The notes: generated by a model from the sequence alone, not told the origin. Counted from the whole stretch's first letter, positions 1 through 13,070 are shown. The stretch is DNA of 51,981 bases, filler included, from Dirinaria sp. TL-2023a (GCA_051941275.1; 3 parts of 3 records of this genome joined end to end with filler, not necessarily neighbours in it); one strand, 5' to 3'. Translations and numbers: made by a program.

Positions 1-1
1 T

Positions 2-1098
2 TCAGAAGTATCTCCCCAACAAGCGTTCTCTATGCTCAACCAAAGCTCCAAAACTCCGCAAACCCCTCTGCATCGTGGTATCCACCCAGCCCATCTCCCC
101 ATCCAGCAGCAAATGCGTATACGCAAACACGGCAGCATCGAACAACCCGGGACGTTCCTGAGCAAAGAAATACGCATCATCACCCAACAGCTCCGACAGC
201 GCCTCCCACGCCTTCTCGGCCTCCCGAAACAGGCATTCGACATCGATTACTGTTGCGGATTTCAACAATTCCGACTTCGCGGACCGGCGAAGCTGATACG
301 CTAGCGCGGAGCGCACGAACCGGTTATGCGATGTGGGAGCTAAATATAGGCGTTCGGCGACGGAGCGGAAGTTGCATGGGTTGAGATATAGTGTGTAGAG
401 CTTTACGTCGAATAATCAGTCGATAGTTAACGGAACGAGAGGGATAGATGAATATAAGGAGGGGGGGCGTTTACCCAAGCGTGCCGAATCGGATGGTCCA
501 GCAGCGCCATGTACGCTTCCTGCCGCAGCATACTCTGTCGTGGCTCCTTTTTCGTCACCGAATCATGCGATCGCTGCTGCTGCTGCACCCAGCGCTCAAG
601 TTTCGAGCTCGGCACCACCGTTGGCGAGGACAGCGGATCCCTAGCGCAGGGTGAGAGGAGGAAGGGCAGTGCGCCGGTTGGCGAGGCATGGTTATTCGAA
701 GGCACGGTTGCGAATTCGATGTCCGCGAACTTGAGGTATGCCTGTGACATTTTTATTACGGCTTTAGGTAAGTGCTTTTAGGAAATTGGGGGGAGGCGGA
801 ATGGAATTATTATTACCTGCCATTTCAGACAGCTGGGGTTGAATGATGGCGCACCGCTGGTCGCGGAGCTGGAGGCAGTGGTGAATATGTACAGGGCGTG
901 CTCGCTGTGGGAGACTGGTGCCTGTGGGGGGAGATCATTGGCGGGATAGGTCAGGAGAGGGAAGTTATCAAAAAGCCGCTTGATCGGGGCTGGGGTCGTG
1001 AGCCATGATTTTTGCTCTGCGCTCTCAGAGCGTTGAGGGAGTTTGGAGCTTTGGAAGGTTGGATCCGGGGAGGCTTTGGAGTGGGCATCATTTGGCAT
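2..1098 (-). CDS. Metaxin/Sam35-like mitochondrial outer membrane protein (GST-like fold), 3 exons (1098-817, 741-475, 400-2)
   Basis: Spliced ORFs give PSFNPSCLKWQ|AYLKF...SNNHASPTGALPFL and C-terminal AWEALSELLGDDAYFF..PGLFDAAVFAYTHLLL, typical of metaxin/Sam35. GT-AG introns at 816-742 and 474-401; TGA at 4-2. Confidence 0.88.
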
Positions 1099-1645
1099 GG
1101 TTCAGGTCCATCCTGCTTTCGATCGTTGCATGTAGAGGAGACTTTTTTTGAGGGCTTGTGCTAAGAAGTATAACCCTCAAAGAGCCCTAGATTTCATCTT
1201 TCTTCTCTTCTCGATGATTGTTGACAAAATTGATGTTTGCTTCCCTTGTGCCTGCCCTGTATAGGAGGGTGTCCATGTCAGACAATCCAACTCCGGCCTT
1301 GAGAAATCTGCCAACTACACTTCTACCAAGACATTGATCAACTTGGACTGAAGGGAAATGCGAATGTAAGCGAAGATTACAAGCTCATGAGTCTATGACG
1401 ATGCATCGTTCCAACTTCAATTAGTCTTGAAGATCTCGCTCCTATTGTTGATGTCACTTTTAGTCTCTCATAACGTCTCAACTACTAACAAGATCCCATC
1501 CACTTCAAAGTGGGCTTAGGAAGAAGATTTCTTTCTTTCTTTTGTTTTCTATCTCATTTCAGTTTCACTCTCAAAACTGTCGAAGTCCTCTGAATTCTTC
1601 AATATTCCCTTTGCACACCTTCAACCGAATTGATCCCTTGACGCA

Positions 1646-2617
1646 ATGAGTAGTCCAATAATCGCTATTGTAACGGGCGCAGTACGCACTCCTCTACCCT
1701 TTATCGAAGCAGCTTGATTAACCTCCCCATTCCTAGAACCGAGGTATCGGCAACGCCATCTGCCAAAGCCTAACCCGAGATTTCAAAGGGCCGCTATGTC
1801 TGTACGCCACCTCACGGAAAGGCGAAGATCTAGGCTTCAAGCCCACGTCTCCTGAAACACAAATTGAATATCCGAAGCTCGATATAGCCGATACTCGAAG
1901 CATACAAGACCTGGCCAAGACCATCAAAACGGAGCACGACGGTTTGGATGTGCTGATCAATAATGCGGGCTTGAACCTCGATGATCAGTACTCGCCTGAG
2001 AACGTGAAGACGACGCTGGACACGAATTATAGAGGTACATTAAAGGTAAGTTTCCATTACCCCCCAAAAGGGGGCTTAAAGCTACGCCTAAAGACAACGT
2101 GCAAGAATGAGACATTTACAAACATTTTTTTGTGGCTCAGATGTGCCAGACTTTTGGCGCCCTCCTTCATCCCCATGGCCGTATCGTAAATGTCTCCTCG
2201 ACAGGCTCCTCTTTGAGCAATTATAGTCCCGAACTCCAATCGCGGTTCCGTGATCCGCAGATGACGCTCGCGGATCTCGAAGAGATGATGGACGAATACC
2301 AATCAGCCGTGGACAGCGGCACTGAGCGGCAAAAGGGCTGGCCGAAACAGGCTTACGCTGCGAGCAAAGCGGCGATGAATGCTATGACCGCAACGTTAGC
2401 GAGAGAGAATAAGGGATTGGTCATTAACAGTTGTTGCCCGGGATGGGTGGCGACGGATATGGGGAAAATGATCAGTCCCACCCCTCCGAAAGATCCATTG
2501 GAGGGAGCACGTATTCCCATTAGGCTTGGTTTTGGTGATATTGGAGGCGTGACAGGCCGGTATTGGGGCAACGATTCGATATCCGGCAAGGGAGATGGTC
2601 AGGTACAAGACTGGTAA
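1646..2617 (+). CDS. Short-chain dehydrogenase/reductase, carbonyl reductase (CBR1-like)
   Basis: Exon 1 MSSPIIAIVTGA splices over intron 1682-1736 to NRGIG (TGxxxGxG); also NNAG, NVSS, catalytic YAASK and CCPGWVATDM motifs; second intron about 2046-2140. Confidence 0.92.
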
Positions 2618-3027
2618 GAGTTGTGGCGCTTGAGTATATGTGTCATCCAGCTCTGTAGAAATATGGATACGAAGATCTCGCTGCAAGCACTTCTCTGATA
2701 TCCTTTTTTCTATTTGCGTTGTGCACGGAGCCTGTTTTAGCGCAAGGTGAGAGCATTGTCCTGATAGCTTTACACGTACTGGTAGCTTACAGCAGATATT
2801 CAACAGGAAGCAACTGAACCTTGTCAGCTATATTCAGTGTGTAGAACGTTTGCCATGCACAGGAATTCGTCAGCAATGTTGCGCATGGGAGAAGATACAG
2901 ATCTTGAAGTCACCAAATTATTACTAAATCACTATCCTAACAGCGCCTCCGGACGCAGCGACCTATCGCCATACAATGAGGTACAGATAAGCAAAAGAAA
3001 AAATGTGAAAGGCCACCATCGACGCGA

Positions 3028-3829
3028 TCAGTGTAGAGTATCGAAGCTGTAAGTGAGACAGCCAGCCGTCACCGAGCCACCTCGTCCTTTGTTATTACCT
3101 AACCGTTTCGTATCAGCATCACCTGTCACGTCCGAAGGAATGCTATGCTGCATAAAAAAACAATAAGAAAAGGACTTACAGCCCGTCCAAGCACCCCACA
3201 GCATCTCCCGGCACGAGACCCCACGTTTCGGCTCTTCCAAATCGATCTTCTGGAGGTTGCAATTATCGACGCTTTTCACCGCCAGATTGAAGAAGTCGAA
3301 TTTCTTGTGGAAATACACGCTGAAAGGGTCGTGTTCCATGTACTCGTGAGAATTGTACTTGATGGGGCCGACCTCGACATCGAGTTTGTTGGCGTCGTCG
3401 GTCGAGTTCGCCGTCTCGCCGCCGGCGTGTTCGTGAATTTCCATCGCCGTGAATCGATCGCAGAAGTCGTTGATCACGAAGAGCACGTTGCCGCAGTGCG
3501 CGTCCAAGTATTTCTCGGGAACCTTGTTACAATCCAGCGTGCGCAAGATGTCCTTAGGGAGGCTCTCGGGGATGTATTCTAGGATTTTTGCGTGTAAGTT
3601 GGAATGAAAAGCTGTGACGAACAAGGGACCCCATTAGGTGATTTTTTTTTTTTCTTTTTGGCAACTTACTAGGGTGACCACGTTTCACAACGTTGATCTC
3701 CTTGCATTCGCGCCAGTCGTGAGTGCCCCTCTTCGCGACTTCGGCACTGTCAGCAGGCATGGCTGCGCCGAAACCTGCCAGTAAGGCCATCAAAATGCAG
3801 CTGAGTAGCTGGAACTTGGTGGGAGCCAT
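3028..3829 (-). CDS. Secreted Cys-containing protein of unknown function, 3 exons
   Basis: Signal peptide MAPTKFQLLSCILMALLAGFGAA, dibasic KR sites, introns about 3669-3579 and 3179-3123 keep the frame; ends GAWTGCDADTKRLGNNKGRGGSVTAGCLTYSFDTLH. Confidence 0.75.
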
Positions 3830-4414
3830 TTCGTATTCGAACGGTGGTGGATAGAATAAGAAGAAGAATCAGAGAATCAACTATGTATTAGTCGTGTCTA
3901 GGCTTGAGGAGAAGAATGAGATTAAAGGAGCTTGAGAGACTGAAGCATGAGAGTGGATGGGAAAGGACATTTATATACGCAGAGATAGAGGGACAGATGG
4001 AAATGTTGAGCATTCGGCTTGACTCATGGCTTGTTGGGAGAAGTCCGAGCTCCGTAAGTTTTTTTTTTTCTTCTTCTCTTTTTTCTGCTGCTGTTGAGCT
4101 TTCGTCAATCAAGTAGTGCGGCCTCGAGCATCAGACCAACAAAGGAATCATTGAAAAAGCATCGTTGAATCAGTGTGTTGGACGCTAGCCTTACCGTAAA
4201 GATGTACCTTGGGAATTTCGGTGGGCGAGATGCGTTGGAACGCCACAATCGAATCTTACTAATGGTTGAGCGGAGCAAAATCTGGGTATCATAATTTTGC
4301 AGAATCGGTGGCGATACCGAATTGTACAAACCGCCAAGAAAGAGGCACTGTTTGGTGAAATGTCGATGTTTGGAGCCATCGAGTTTGGTGTCGGTCGTCA
4401 GCATGTCGAGACAA

Positions 4415-4790
4415 TTAATAGTGTAAAACCGGGACCGGGTGGACCGGTCCACCACCAAGAAAGTGGCAAGTATAGTTTAACAAAAACAACTAGTCTCCGT
4501 TAGATGGCAGTCCTCGGAAACGGTAGTCCCCGGATAGGTAATAAGTACCTACCTTAATGGATAATAATAGGTATACCTTAGGCAGTGGCCCGGGTAGTGA
4601 TAAATGGCAGTCCGCGGATAGGTAGACCGCAGGGGCTCCTGGTAATAGTAATATCGGGGTATATAGTAGTAACCCACAAATGCTCGCTTTCCTGATAGAT
4701 GTTAGGCAATTAATCATATATATATAAATTGTTAAACATAGGTGTAATTGACCTCATGAACATTTTTTAAATCTGACAAATAGCTATATA
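4415..4790. mobile_element. Possible degenerate (RIP-like) transposon relic
   Basis: TpA-rich, stop-rich tract with short internal repeats (ATGGCAGTCC about 4504/4604; CGGATAGGTA about 4531/4615), preceded by a perfect 16-bp palindrome at 4438-4453. No transposase ORF seen. Confidence 0.3.
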
Positions 4791-4837
4791 TCTCTATCCC
4801 TGGGTTTGAGATTTGATTTGGGGGATTTGGGATGGAG

Positions 4838-4905
4838 TGGAAGGAAGGGTCTTGATGGAAGGAAGGGACTTTGATGGAAGGAAGAGACTTTGATTGAAGA
4901 AAGAA
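4838..4905 (+). repeat. Minisatellite, about 3.5 copies of an 18-19 bp unit (TGGAAGGAAGGGACTTTGA)
   Basis: tggaaggaagggtcttga / tggaaggaagggactttga / tggaaggaagagactttga / ttgaagaaagaa read directly. Confidence 0.75.
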
Positions 4906-5008
4906 AGGCGGCTAGATCATATCCTTTTTGGTTGCCTGTGTACTGACATTGGAAGATCGTCCTGGCTGGCTGGCTAAAAGATTTATGGATTGTAAGACTA
5001 AGCGGGGT

Positions 5009-5032
5009 ATAGAGATAGAGATAGAGATAGAG
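5009..5032 (+). repeat. (ATAGAG)4 microsatellite
   Basis: atagagatagagatagagatagag seen directly. Confidence 0.8.
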
Positions 5033-5329
5033 AATCACTTTCTGGATTACAGGACAGACAGTCTCGGAAGCATCGAAACATGAGTACCACCTCTTCAAAG
5101 TGTGAAGAGTTCAAGTGACTAATAGTAAGATTTACCGAGGAAGCTAAGTTAATGCTGCAACAGAGTCCCTTCCATTCCTTCGCTTGCTTGTTATTGAGAC
5201 ACATATCATAGTTTTCGTGATATTATTACAACGCCCCGCATATCGAACGAACCCCCCCGTTACATGGAGAGAGAGAAATCCGTTCCCCATCCATCAAAAA
5301 GTCCATGATGATGTGTGCACACACTCGCT

Positions 5330-8300
5330 CTAAGTGTGCTGCCTAGCAGGCAACGACCACGCATCTTGCGCGTTATACAGCTCCATCAGTCTCCCCTCTC
5401 TGATCATCGGGTCCCGCTCTTCCAAGGCCTTGAGCTCCTCGGCCGTCGTTCCGATGGCTTCAAAAAGCCCGTCCGGCCCAAGTTCCGACATCTTCTGCCG
5501 GATTTCTTCGCCGGGGACTTTTTCGATTCTTTCCCTGAGCTCGCGCAGGTGCTGGGCCTCGGGTTTTTCCTCGCCCGTGGTGCCGTGCGCGTGATCTAGC
5601 GTCTGCGGGCGCAGGATTTCACGCCGCATGCGTTGGCCGAAGCGGTGCATCTGCCCTTCTTCCTGGGCTTGGCGTGAGGCCAGAGAGACATCCGAGCCTC
5701 GGCGGGTCATGGAAGCGCGCCGGACACCGTTGTTGGACTCCCATTCGGCTTCGTTGTTTGCACCGAAAGCCTCGCTGCGGTGACTGACAGGAGAGGCGTC
5801 GTCAAGTGATCCTCTCTCAGGAGGTGAGGGGAGATCCTCCTGATCGGTCTGTGCAGCAGCAGAGGGCTGCAGACGGGTTTCTGGATACTCTTCTTCGAAT
5901 CGTTGAATCATTCGCTCGAGAGTCGAATCAAGGAATTGAAGACGTTCTAATCTCCTCTTAGCCTGACGATGTCAAAGTGAGGGAAATGGACGACTTACTG
6001 TAATTCATGGCATCCCCGGCTCTGGCTTCCTTCACAAGAGCTGGCTGCAACCTTGACCTTATCTTCCTTGCGCTGCCAAGGAGATTCTTCGACATCTCTT
6101 TCGCCTTGCCCTTTTTGAGTTCGTCATCATGAAGGACTTTTTTAGGTGTCACAGTACCACTATCCACGGGGGTTATATCTCTAGAATGTCTCCTTGAGTC
6201 TTTGGACCTGTTCAAGCAAACACCCAGGGCTTTTACCACTCCGGTACCACCAACAATGTAATCATCGTCAGGCGCCGGTTCGTCATCGTCATGATCTTCG
6301 GGAAAGCCTTCGACATGGCCAACGAGGTGTAAAAGGACGTCAGGGACAGTTACGTTCTTTTCGCCATTACGGGGGTCCGCCACTGCCGGATCACTACCTT
6401 CGGTGAGAGGAACGCGCTCGAGATTGCGAAGAGAGTATGCGACCACTTGCTTTGCCAAGGCTTTGACGACCTCACTTGAGTTTTGACTTGGAACCTCCAT
6501 GTCTATGCAGATGATAGTACTGGACACACGGACAGCAGCCATCAAAGACGCGTACAATGCGCAAGCCTCCTCCTGACTGGCTTCATCCTCCGCGGATGCA
6601 AGCGGTACAAGGAGGTGATTTTCTAGAATATTCAAGTGTGCTAGGTTTTTCACTTCTGGTAGTACCTCAGCCAGCGCAATAGCATGCTCAGAGGACATAG
6701 CAACATCACAAAGATGAAGTCTCTTGATGATCGGCAGCCGCGGTAAGTACTTTCGTAGTAAATGTAAGGCATTGGGCTGTGCCGCGAATAGTTTGCGATT
6801 ATGGGACAAGTCGAGGAACCGGAAATTAGGTAGCCGTTCAAGTGCTGGAAATAGAATCTCCAATGCAGATGCATCAAGGTTACAGTCTGCTAGACTTAAC
6901 GCATAAAGGGGATTTTGGCCATCCAGGGCATCTGAAAGCATCCTCACATGGCTGCTAAGATTGTTACCTCCAAGGTCTAGACCTTCGCATTTACCAGATC
7001 GCAAATAGTGAAGAATATGGTGTAATGCTTGCTCGGAGACTTCGTTGCTGGCAAGCCCTAGCCTTGTAAGACCGCATTGCATGACAGCATCGACTAGCTT
7101 CACTATGTGGCCATCCGTGAGACCGCACTCGCTCATCACCAGCTCTTCAAGTCGTGATCCCGCTGGTCTTTCTGCTATGACCCTCGATAACAGACCGGCA
7201 GTATCGGTGCTCGTCTCCCGCTCACTGGAAGAGCCTGTTTGAGACTGTGGAAGCGAGATACCAGAGACATCGATGGCCTTGAGTGTTTTTGACATGTAGA
7301 GGAACAGACAAATATGCCGCCAGCCTTCTTTCCCGATCTTTGGGTTGTTCTTGAGGGATATCTTCTCAACTACGCCTAAGTCTTCTGTCTTCCCTGTCTT
7401 AATTTGCTCGATGGTCTTCTTCGAAAGTTTTCTGTTGTGCCTCGCTTGTTCGGCAGTCTTGGCCGCGAGAAGACCAGCAAGAATCACACGAACAGCCTCA
7501 TCACTGAGACCGCAGTCCTCAAGGATGAGTTTCTTTACCGGGACTACCGCAAGATAATCACTCAAAGTCACGATATCTGGCAGCTGCATCCAGAAACCTG
7601 AAAGATCCAAGCACAAGATCGTTCCTGGTGTCGCGATGGCACATGCAGAAGGTGAGGAGATCTGTTCTGTAATGCGCTTCAGCACCCGTGTTTCCCTAAG
7701 CTGGCAGCATCGTCTATATATCCGCAGCGGATCTGTAGTAGGCCGATCCTGTGACTTTGGTGGTGTGTCGGCGCCAGTGGAGGATTCCACAGCATCATTT
7801 CCATTACTGTTCTCTTTCCTCAGCTCACGAGGTACCTCGCCTTTAGCGAGCGCTTCGTTACGCTTTCTCTCTTTTCTCTCTTTTCTTTCACCCTCAGAGC
7901 GTTTCTTTTTCTCCTTCTTACGACTTGTGTCCTTTGTCCCCTCGGTCTCAATCGATCCTGCGGCTACTAGCTTCTGAGAATCTAAATTTTCGCCGCTGGC
8001 CTCCACCACACCTTTACTATCCTTTTCTTCGGCTACGGCATTGGGGCTCCGCAGCGCCGCACCTTCACCTTGTTTGAGTTTTCGGTCCTTCTTCTTCTTG
8101 CTTTCGACTTGATTTTCTAACTGGGTTAAACTCGGCCGTCTACCTGGGGGCGGCGGAGGGGGAGGCTGAGGCTCCTCGGGCTCTTCCTCGCTGTACCGGG
8201 CTGGAGGCGCGATCTCAACGTCCACGGAAAAGGAAACGCGTCGCAATTTTGCTGGCTGCAGAGCTGATATGTCACATCTTTCACGATATGGATCAATGTT

Positions 8301-9084
8301 CATTACTCGCCGTGGACATACGGTTCCAGCTCCAGTCGCTTTTCCTAGGCCTGCTGCACCACTGGAAGACAGGCGCCGAAACGCACTTTGTAGAAATGAC
8401 GGATGACCAGACTTTGACGAGGGCGATGGTGGCGCGCTTGCTCCAGCTTCAGTCTTATTGACCTCTTTGTCCCCCGGAGTAACAGCCGCACCATAGGCGT
8501 TGAAATTCTCCAAGTGGGGGCTTTGGGCGGATTTGTTTGCTTGAGGCGAAGTCGCAATTGATGTCGCGGGTTGAGGGCTAGTATTCGAGGAGAATTTGGA
8601 GCTTAGACTCGACATCCAAGAATTCCGTCGACCTGTGGATGGAGTTGGCTTCCCATCTTTGGCTCCCTTAGGAGAAGCTTGCGCCGGAGAAGCTGGCCCG
8701 TCTGAGGCTCCGCGGGTGGGGAAATGAGGTCGATGAATATGGTGCTGGTGGTGCTGAGAAGCCTCTCCGTCGGTGCCTGATGTTGGCGTGCCATTTCTAA
8801 TATCTTGTCGGTCTCTTACTTCAGGTGCTGGATCTTTTGCGCCGTCGTCCGGCGCTATTGGAGAATTGGGTGCGGATGAGTCTGCAGGCTTCTGGGAATG
8901 CCCTAGTAGCGATTGTCAGAAACTACATTGATGGAAATGCATAGCGCATCATCCCGCGGCCCTGTCTGAACCTGGCTTGAAGCGGGCAGATTCAAGTCCG
9001 CTGGGCGGAGGTATACAGAGGATTCAGCTTACCTTTCTTTGAGTGGTGAAGCCAGCTCACATCGACACCATGGATCTCTTCCAT
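5330..9084 (-). CDS. MHP1: Mhp1/Gip3-like RNI-type leucine-rich repeat protein (putative PP1 regulator / cell wall biogenesis protein)
   Basis: Exon 1 MEEIHGVDVSWLHHSKK (9084-9033); exon 2 from 8902 runs in frame into the 885-aa ORF (GRRNSWMSSLSSKFS, LRRVSF RVxF motif, DPLRIYRRCCQLRE, RNI-like LRRs, YIVGGTGVVKALGVCL); last exon ends 5330. Confidence 0.85.
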
Positions 9085-9533
9085 TGCTGACACAGATGCT
9101 TCCAAGATCTAGCACTTGGCGGTGCGGTTCAGCTGGAGCAATTCGGCCGAGCTTGGCTGCTCAGAGAGTGGGGTTGCGGTGGAGAGTGTACCAGGTACTG
9201 ATGCATGGTGGCGAGTCGTACTTGTTTATGAAGTTGAGATTGACCTTGCTACATCTTATATCGGTGTCTTGGAGAAGATCAAGGACCGCTGGAAGGTCTA
9301 GAATGCATTCTTATTATTATGCGATCTCCGAGGCGATCCAACGCGGGGTTCCTTCATACGGTAATAGTTACTTTGCCATTGCTGCAGTCAGCTTGGTTAC
9401 TAAGAGGATATGATGGCACGAGAACAGCCTATGGGTCCTTTCACGCCATTTATTTGATCGCAAATCATCATTTATCATTGTTTGAGCCGAAAGATTATTA
9501 CTAATGTCGCATGCTGCAGAAAACCGCCTTCTG

Positions 9534-9543
9534 GTCACGTGAC
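9534..9543. promoter_or_regulatory. Palindromic E-box GTCACGTGAC (Cbf1/bHLH-type site) upstream of the MHP1-like gene
   Basis: Perfect 10-bp palindrome about 450 bp upstream of the ATG at 9084; function inferred from the motif only. Confidence 0.4.
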
Positions 9544-9611
9544 TAAGACCTCAATTCCCTGGTATGCGCATGTGCTCAAGGACCGTGATAACAAATCTAA
9601 GGTATGCAGCA

Positions 9612-11823
9612 TCAATTGTAGCCATCTGTGCTTGTTGGTTTCGTGATGGGATCGTCGACTTTCAGCATCTGCCATCCAACGCCATTGCCCTTCCCTTCAC
9701 CTTTGGAGATTTGCTCGGCCGCTTTGATGAGGTCGTAACATATCTCTTCGCCAACTTGGCTGTCATTTTCATAACAATAATGTTCTCGAACAAAATGCCG
9801 AATCCATTTCGCGCCGGTCCACAATTGCCCGGAAGCACGCTTACGAATGAGGTCTAAATATCGGGCGAGCTCGCACCTCGTTTCCACGTCAACGTTGACG
9901 CTATTGAGATACGATTCAACAAGTGGAATCAAGCCCGGAAAACAGGCGGCGCCCTTTTTGGTGTCTGTTTGACCATTGATGATTTCATTGATCGTCATGA
10001 GTGAGTGCTCGTCTTCGACAGGGCCTGTGGGTGTCGCTGGGCGAGAGACAGAGGTGGGAGTGGCAGCAGCACCTGCAGTGGTACCGTTCACTCTGGATGG
10101 ACGCGGCGGCATAGGATCGTTCCGAAAATGAAATTTCTGGTTGAGAACTGCATCGCGGATATGGGCGGTGGCCATGTTTTGGGTCGTAAGTGGGATAGGT
10201 ATATAGAAGTTTAGATCGAAGCTGAGAATCGCGCGAGTGACGAGTACAAGGAAGACAGAAAAGGCGGCGTTCTCAAAGTCTGTAATCTGAATCTCCATAG
10301 GGCGAAATTCAACGCGCCAACCCGTGTCTTTATCTGGTGGTGGAGGTTTGAATCGCATGTGTTGCCAATTGGTCGACTGCAAGTTTTCAAAATGATCGGT
10401 CTTGCTAAGGTCTAGCTCTTGCAGGTCTTCAGCAAAGATGACTATGGGATCTCGGATAAACAGATGAGCAAAGTGCGTGGCAAGCAGATCATCCATTCCT
10501 CCATCCATTAGACGTTTCTTTAGCTCCGGATCGACAACAAGATCAGGGTCCATGTATTCTTTTCGAAGTCGAGGGTCTTGGGAGATGTAAGTAGAATTGG
10601 AAGCGTAACGCGATTTAGGGACTCTCCATCGATCATTTTGAAGTGGCTGAGGTTCACATTAGTAACAGAGAAAAGCAAGTCATTGTCGGGAAGGCTCACG
10701 ATCTCTCCCAGCTCTTCTGGCGTCCTGTCATCGACTGCTCTGCTAATTTGATCCCAACGAACATCCGTATCTGCTAAAAACCCTTTGTAAATTGGTGTGG
10801 CTGCAGTCAGCGCGAGCATGATGGGCCCTAAAGGACTGAGCTGGTCGTAAAGTCGTCGACCTTCAGTGATATTTTTGGCTTGAAAAGTGATTTGCAAACA
10901 ACAGCTGCCCATACCGAACGCCATGGCGTCCATGTAAATATGATCATCCTTGGCAGCACCGTTTCTGACGTCGTTATCTTCAGGCCAATTGTGGAGATCG
11001 TAGTTAATGGTCGGATCTTTGAAAGGCGACGGTGTCCGGGTGTCCTTGAAAATCGGGACATTGATTTCGACTTTGCGACCTCTTCGAGCTCGGATATTAG
11101 CTGCCAGGGTGGGGAAACGGATGTGAGGATTAGCTATCTGGTCTGGAAGAAATTGCGAACGGAGCCGTTCCCCAGACGGAGGATAATAAGGGGTGATGAA
11201 GTCGTCTCGCGTGCCTAGGCGAGGGAACGTGGTCAAAGTGATTGGGTACTCGTTTGGCTCCATATGCTCCATCGCAATACGTCGCCTGCGCCGTAAAATT
11301 AACTAAGATTGCGCTGCAGGCAAGTTGATTGCCAAACGAACCGCCATTTCATGTTCGGCTCGACGTCCAGCAGATCTTTCAGTCCAATACCCCAAGGCTT
11401 CCCGGGTGTCGCTTCCAGCATGAACCTTCCAAATTCAGGGTGAAAAACCGGCAGGGTGTCGTGGCTGTGATCTACTGATTGGAGATCGGGGACGCATCCT
11501 CCCTTTTGGCACAATGCCTCGTCCTTGGCCAGTGCATCTAGAATATCCGCCTGCCGTAGCGAGAGCCTGACCTTGTGATGCGCGTCGTCATACGCCACAA
11601 CAAGATATTCGATCTCATCCCCCCACAACAATGCATCCCGCTCTTTTCCCTTGGCACGATGCCATATTGCGAGCAGTTGCTCGATGCCCCATTCGCGGAC
11701 TTGGCTCGCGTTCTTCTTGGCTTCTGGCCATGCTAAAGGGGTCCCGATGGCTCTGATCATATACAGTACTTAGCTCTTGACTCGGCTGACAGGACAGGAC
11801 AGCAGAACTCACAGGAGACCCAT
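9612..11823 (-). CDS. GSH1: Glutamate-cysteine ligase catalytic subunit (gamma-glutamylcysteine synthetase), 4 exons
   Basis: Micro-exon ATG GGT CTC CT (11823-11813) gives MGLLAIGTPL; motifs LLWGDEIEY, FHPEFGRFMLEATPG, IYMDAMAFGMGSCCLQITFQA, HFENLQSTNWQHMRFKPPP, GWRVEFRPMEIQITDFENAAF. Confidence 0.97.
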
Positions 11824-12821
11824 AGTAGTTGCTACGGTGCCGGTACCCCCTTGAGCTTCAGCCCGCACAGAGCAGCAGCGCGCTCTTCCGGACACTGTAG
11901 GAGCCTAATCTTCGTACAGCTCCATGAAGAAGGCCGGCAGTAAGCAAGACTTGAGGAGGACATTTTTGCCGCTATGCTTTGATAATTTTGATGACCAAGC
12001 CGACTGACGCATTGGTTTTTAGTTGCCGCCCAACCACAGAAAGAGTAGTGAAGCGTGAGCCGGTAACCGTAGGGCCGTTGCTCCGGCGCATCTTTATCCG
12101 TACTTGACTCTTAGCCCGGCTTCTTTTTTCCTCAACCTATATGCATTGTAGTAGGTATCTCTTTGAATTAGCAAGCTACCTATGGATCACTGATATAGGA
12201 AGGCTTTCCTACAGAGAGGTCTCATACAAAGGCTAGTCTCTGAGATCTGTATCAGAGCTCATACACAAGGCCATTCACATGGAATGCATTCTCTACGTTG
12301 AGCAGCTCGTTCTATCATACGACTATTTCTGCTTATCTTCATATCTCCATATCATCTATGAATTTCATTTAAAACCATCATCGATAGGAATCCTCATGCT
12401 TCCAACAATGTGGGCCCCAAGTTCCTTCTCATGTGAATTTACAGTCCTGGGTTTCTTTGTGATTACGTGGTCGACTACATAATACGTAGCAAACCTGCGT
12501 ATATAAATAGCTGATTCTTCCCTGTTTATTTTCCCTTCCTTCCTTCTTTCTTCCATCATGATCAACCCATTCATTTATGAAGCAAGTCATCACTGCCTTA
12601 TCTGCCAAGGTTGCACTTTCATGACCCAACAAACGGAAAGCTGATTATCAGCATCTCTCCAACTATCTGAATCCCTTCATATCCGTGGTGAGCTCCCAGT
12701 TCTTCAATGGAAAGCTAGAGTAGCTAAGGCAATGCTAACTCCGCTAGCATTTCCAAGAGCCCGCTCCAACATCCAAAAAGCGTTGTTCTCACATCCAGAA
12801 CCGAGGGAAAACGCAAGCACC

Positions 12822-13070
12822 ATGTCTTCAATGAGCGCAGAGCTTGCACAGCGTCTCTCCGCTGTCAAGGCACAGCAGGATCAGCTGGATGGGAAAGATA
12901 AGCAGGTGGAAAAGTCAAATGCGGAACGTGCGGCTTCACATAATGAAGACACCGGTTCCCAAGTGATTGAGAGTGGGGACGTTACGCCGTCGAAGGAGGG
13001 CGTCTGGCGAAAAGACCGTAAAGATGTGAATCATCAGCCGCCAGCAGGATACAGAGAGGGGAAGAAGTAA
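12822..13070 (+). CDS. Small hydrophilic hypothetical protein (82 aa)
   Basis: ATG in good context (GCACC ATG TCT); charged, low-complexity sequence MSSMSAELAQRLSAVKAQQDQ...; no recognisable domain. Confidence 0.45.
   Translation: MSSMSAELAQRLSAVKAQQDQLDGKDKQVEKSNAERAASHNEDTGSQVIESGDVTPSKEGVWRKDRKDVNHQPPAGYREGKK

Noticed and set aside
4838..4905. Short direct repeats as a CRISPR-like array
   Set aside because: Head-to-tail tandem units with no spacers, in a eukaryotic genome with no cas genes.
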